From: Heptranchias perlo
Lineage: Eukaryota
Direction: 5' to 3'
Length of the DNA stretch: 64,000 nucleotides
Assembly (NCBI RefSeq): GCF_035084215.1
Contig: NC_090349.1
Span: 9,114,001 to 9,178,000 of the forward strand
In this document: one piece after another, positions 61,885 through 64,000 of the stretch
Position numbering within the stretch: the first letter of the stretch is position 1
Layout: each line of letters opens with the position of its first letter
Position numbers and translations under genes: made by a program
The notes under the pieces: model-generated
Database searches by the model: none
What the model was told of the DNA's origin: nothing
Seen by the model: the letters and a program-made list of their open reading frames with translations, nothing else

Positions 61885-62184
61885 TTTCACAAACTGTACT
61901 TGACCGAGCTGGGAAAGATTGTTTATTCCCATTCAATTCTTTCATGTAACAAAAAGGGTAGAAATTTATTCCATTTCGGAGGTTTAAGAAAAATAGCCAT
62001 TGCGGTTCGAACTTTGTCTTTTCAGATCGGTTAATTTGAAATACTCTTCCATCAAAAATTGTCAGTGTTAACTGAAAACACAATTTATGTTATAACATCC
62101 AGTAAACATGCATTAAAAGGCAACAATATGACTATTGTATCCTAAGTATTTGCTTACTGCTAATCTATTCGAATATAGCTATTG

Positions 62185-62190
62185 AATAAA
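62185..62190 (+). terminator. Probable polyadenylation signal, copy 3
   Basis: AATAAA + downstream GT-rich tract, at the same position as in copy 1. Confidence 0.6.
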
Positions 62191-62800
62191 ATCATTGATG
62201 CAATACGGTTTTTGGTGTCTTTTATTTCTGATGCAAAAGTAGTCAAATCTATAGTGAAAGTATTTTAGGCTTTATTTTGTGTGTTATTAAAGCTCACGTA
62301 ATAAAGTGTGCAAAGTTATCTCAAACAAAGCAGTGTGTGACTGATGTGTCGATACTGCGGTAGACATACACAGTGGGGCGCCCATGGGCGAGTTCACACT
62401 CACACAGGTTAACTTGAGGGCTTATTGTTGTCGGTTCAATATGTCCAGTCGTATTTCCCAACTCATAGCGGGTGAAATTGGTCTTGGGTGAATGCGCAAA
62501 ATGGGCAAAAGCAAATTGGCAGTCCGTTTTACACTGCAGCCCGATTCTCTGCTTCACTGACTTTAAGAGACCAATTTCACCCCCATGGTTTAACTTAATG
62601 GGGTAGATTTTCATCTTTACGCCCTCAATAAAGCAGTAGATCAGCCGCAGGTTTTGGAGCTCCTCGACTTTCATTTCCACTGAAATCAATGGGACGAAAT
62701 CGGGCGGTGTCTAGAACTGGCAACGATCTGCAACTCTCCCAGGGTAAGTTGAAACTGTACCTTGTAGCGTTCATTAATGTGCAAATAAGTATAGACAAAG

Positions 62801-64000
62801 TCAACAACAACTTGCATTTATGTAACGCTTTTAACGTAACGTAGGCGTCACAAGGAAGCCACTGAAGGAAATATTGGGATAGAAATTCGCCTGGGCCTGT
62901 TTTCGGGACTTCGGAAATTGGGCCTCGGGCATTATCTCCAACTTCGGGCCGAGATGCCTCCCGATCGCGGAACCACAGGCAGCTCATTGGAGGAGAGAAA
63001 TTAATTTCGTAGATTCCCAGAGGGACTAGCATTGATAAATTGGACGCGGGGGGAGGGGTCGCCAGGTCAGTGGACTCAGGGGAAGCTCTCCTGCTTATCC
63101 TGGCTACACGGAATATATTTTAAACTTTCCTTTAGTTGGCCGCCGCAGGGGCAACTGAAGAATCCTGAGCTGAGCATGCTGGATCGCTGCTTCCTTCATC
63201 AGGATCACATTTTGTAGAGGGGTCCTTCAACAGGAGTTAGGCCTCTCATTAATATATTTCAGGTCCCAAACTCCTCTTAAAAATTTAGCAGAGAGACCAA
63301 CGCCTGCACAGCTTGGGCGTAGTCTGTCACTGCTAAATTAGTATGCTTTGCGCCCATATTACGCCCGGAAAACAGGCTCAAGGCATACCAATTCCTATCC
63401 CGTTAGGAGTGGTGACCACAAGCTTGACCAGAAGTGGGTTTTAAGGAGGGTCTTGAAAAAGGAGAGGCAGGTGGAGATGCGAAGGGAGTGAATTCCAGAC
63501 CATAGAGCCGAGATGGCTGAAGGCACAGCTCCCATTCGTGGCAGGAAGGGAAAGGAGGATGTCGAAAGTACCGGGTTAGAGACTTGCAGATTTGTCGGAG
63601 TGCTATCGGGCTGGAACAGGTTACAGAGGTACAACGAGGTGAGGCCATGAAGGGATTTAAATATGTGGATGAGTATTTTAAATTTGAGTCATTCGGTGAA
63701 CACGCGCTAATCTTGGTCAGTGAGCACAGCTTAATGGTTGAGCGGAGCTTAATGTAGAGTTTTGGATGAGCTGTGGAGTATGAAGCGTCGAGGATGTGCG
63801 TTCGGCCAGGAAAGCTTTGAAATCGTCCAGTCTGCCGGTGAAAAAGACAAGGATGGGGATTTCAACATCAGATGTGCTGAGGCAGGGGCGGAGGCGGGTG
63901 ATTTTTCAAAGGCAGAGACGGCGGCCTTTTGATGTAGATGATATGTGGTTGAAAGCTCAGCTCCAATTCAAATAGGATGCCGAAGTTACGAACAGTCTTG
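62801..64000 (-). mobile_element. L2-type LINE, unit 3 copy (runs off window)
   Basis: Homologous to 21879-23075. Confidence 0.8.

Larger units (their letters stand above)
42584..64000 (+). repeat. Segmental tandem duplication unit 3 (runs off window)
   Basis: Colinear; leader ATG is 23785 bp from that of gene 2; window end matches ~23070 of unit 1. Confidence 0.85.

Noticed and set aside
1-64000. CRISPR arrays, operons or retron-like RT systems
   Set aside because: The DNA is vertebrate with spliceosomal introns; all RT fragments are decayed non-LTR retrotransposons and there is no repeat-spacer array.

Overview
Eukaryotic, repeat-rich DNA from a cartilaginous fish (shark-like). The window is a head-to-tail segmental array with units at roughly 1-25235, 25236-42583 and 42584-64000+. 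Each unit carries one immunoglobulin light-chain cluster: octamer promoter, leader exon, a V-J exon already joined in the germline (no RSS), a 2.2-2.7 kb intron and a C exon. The C exons resemble elasmobranch type II/lambda light chains. Genes 2 (35037-38557) and 3 (58822-61884) are intact. Gene 1 (17437-20960) is frameshifted by a 20-bp deletion at the start of the V exon. The spacers are stacks of decayed CR1 and L2 LINEs, a second CR1/Crack-like LINE, a tRNA-derived SINE, palindromic MITEs, an LTR-retroelement remnant with a tRNA-Arg primer-binding site, and one Penelope-type palindromic insertion with a minimal hammerhead ribozyme core. The most notable points are a V domain with a long (11 aa), invariant CDR2 on a lambda-type C, patchwork sequence exchange among the three copies, and a candidate intronic enhancer (E-boxes, AP-1, octamer, kB-like site) deleted in gene 3. 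All alignments and counts were done by eye; family names come from motif recognition, not database searches.
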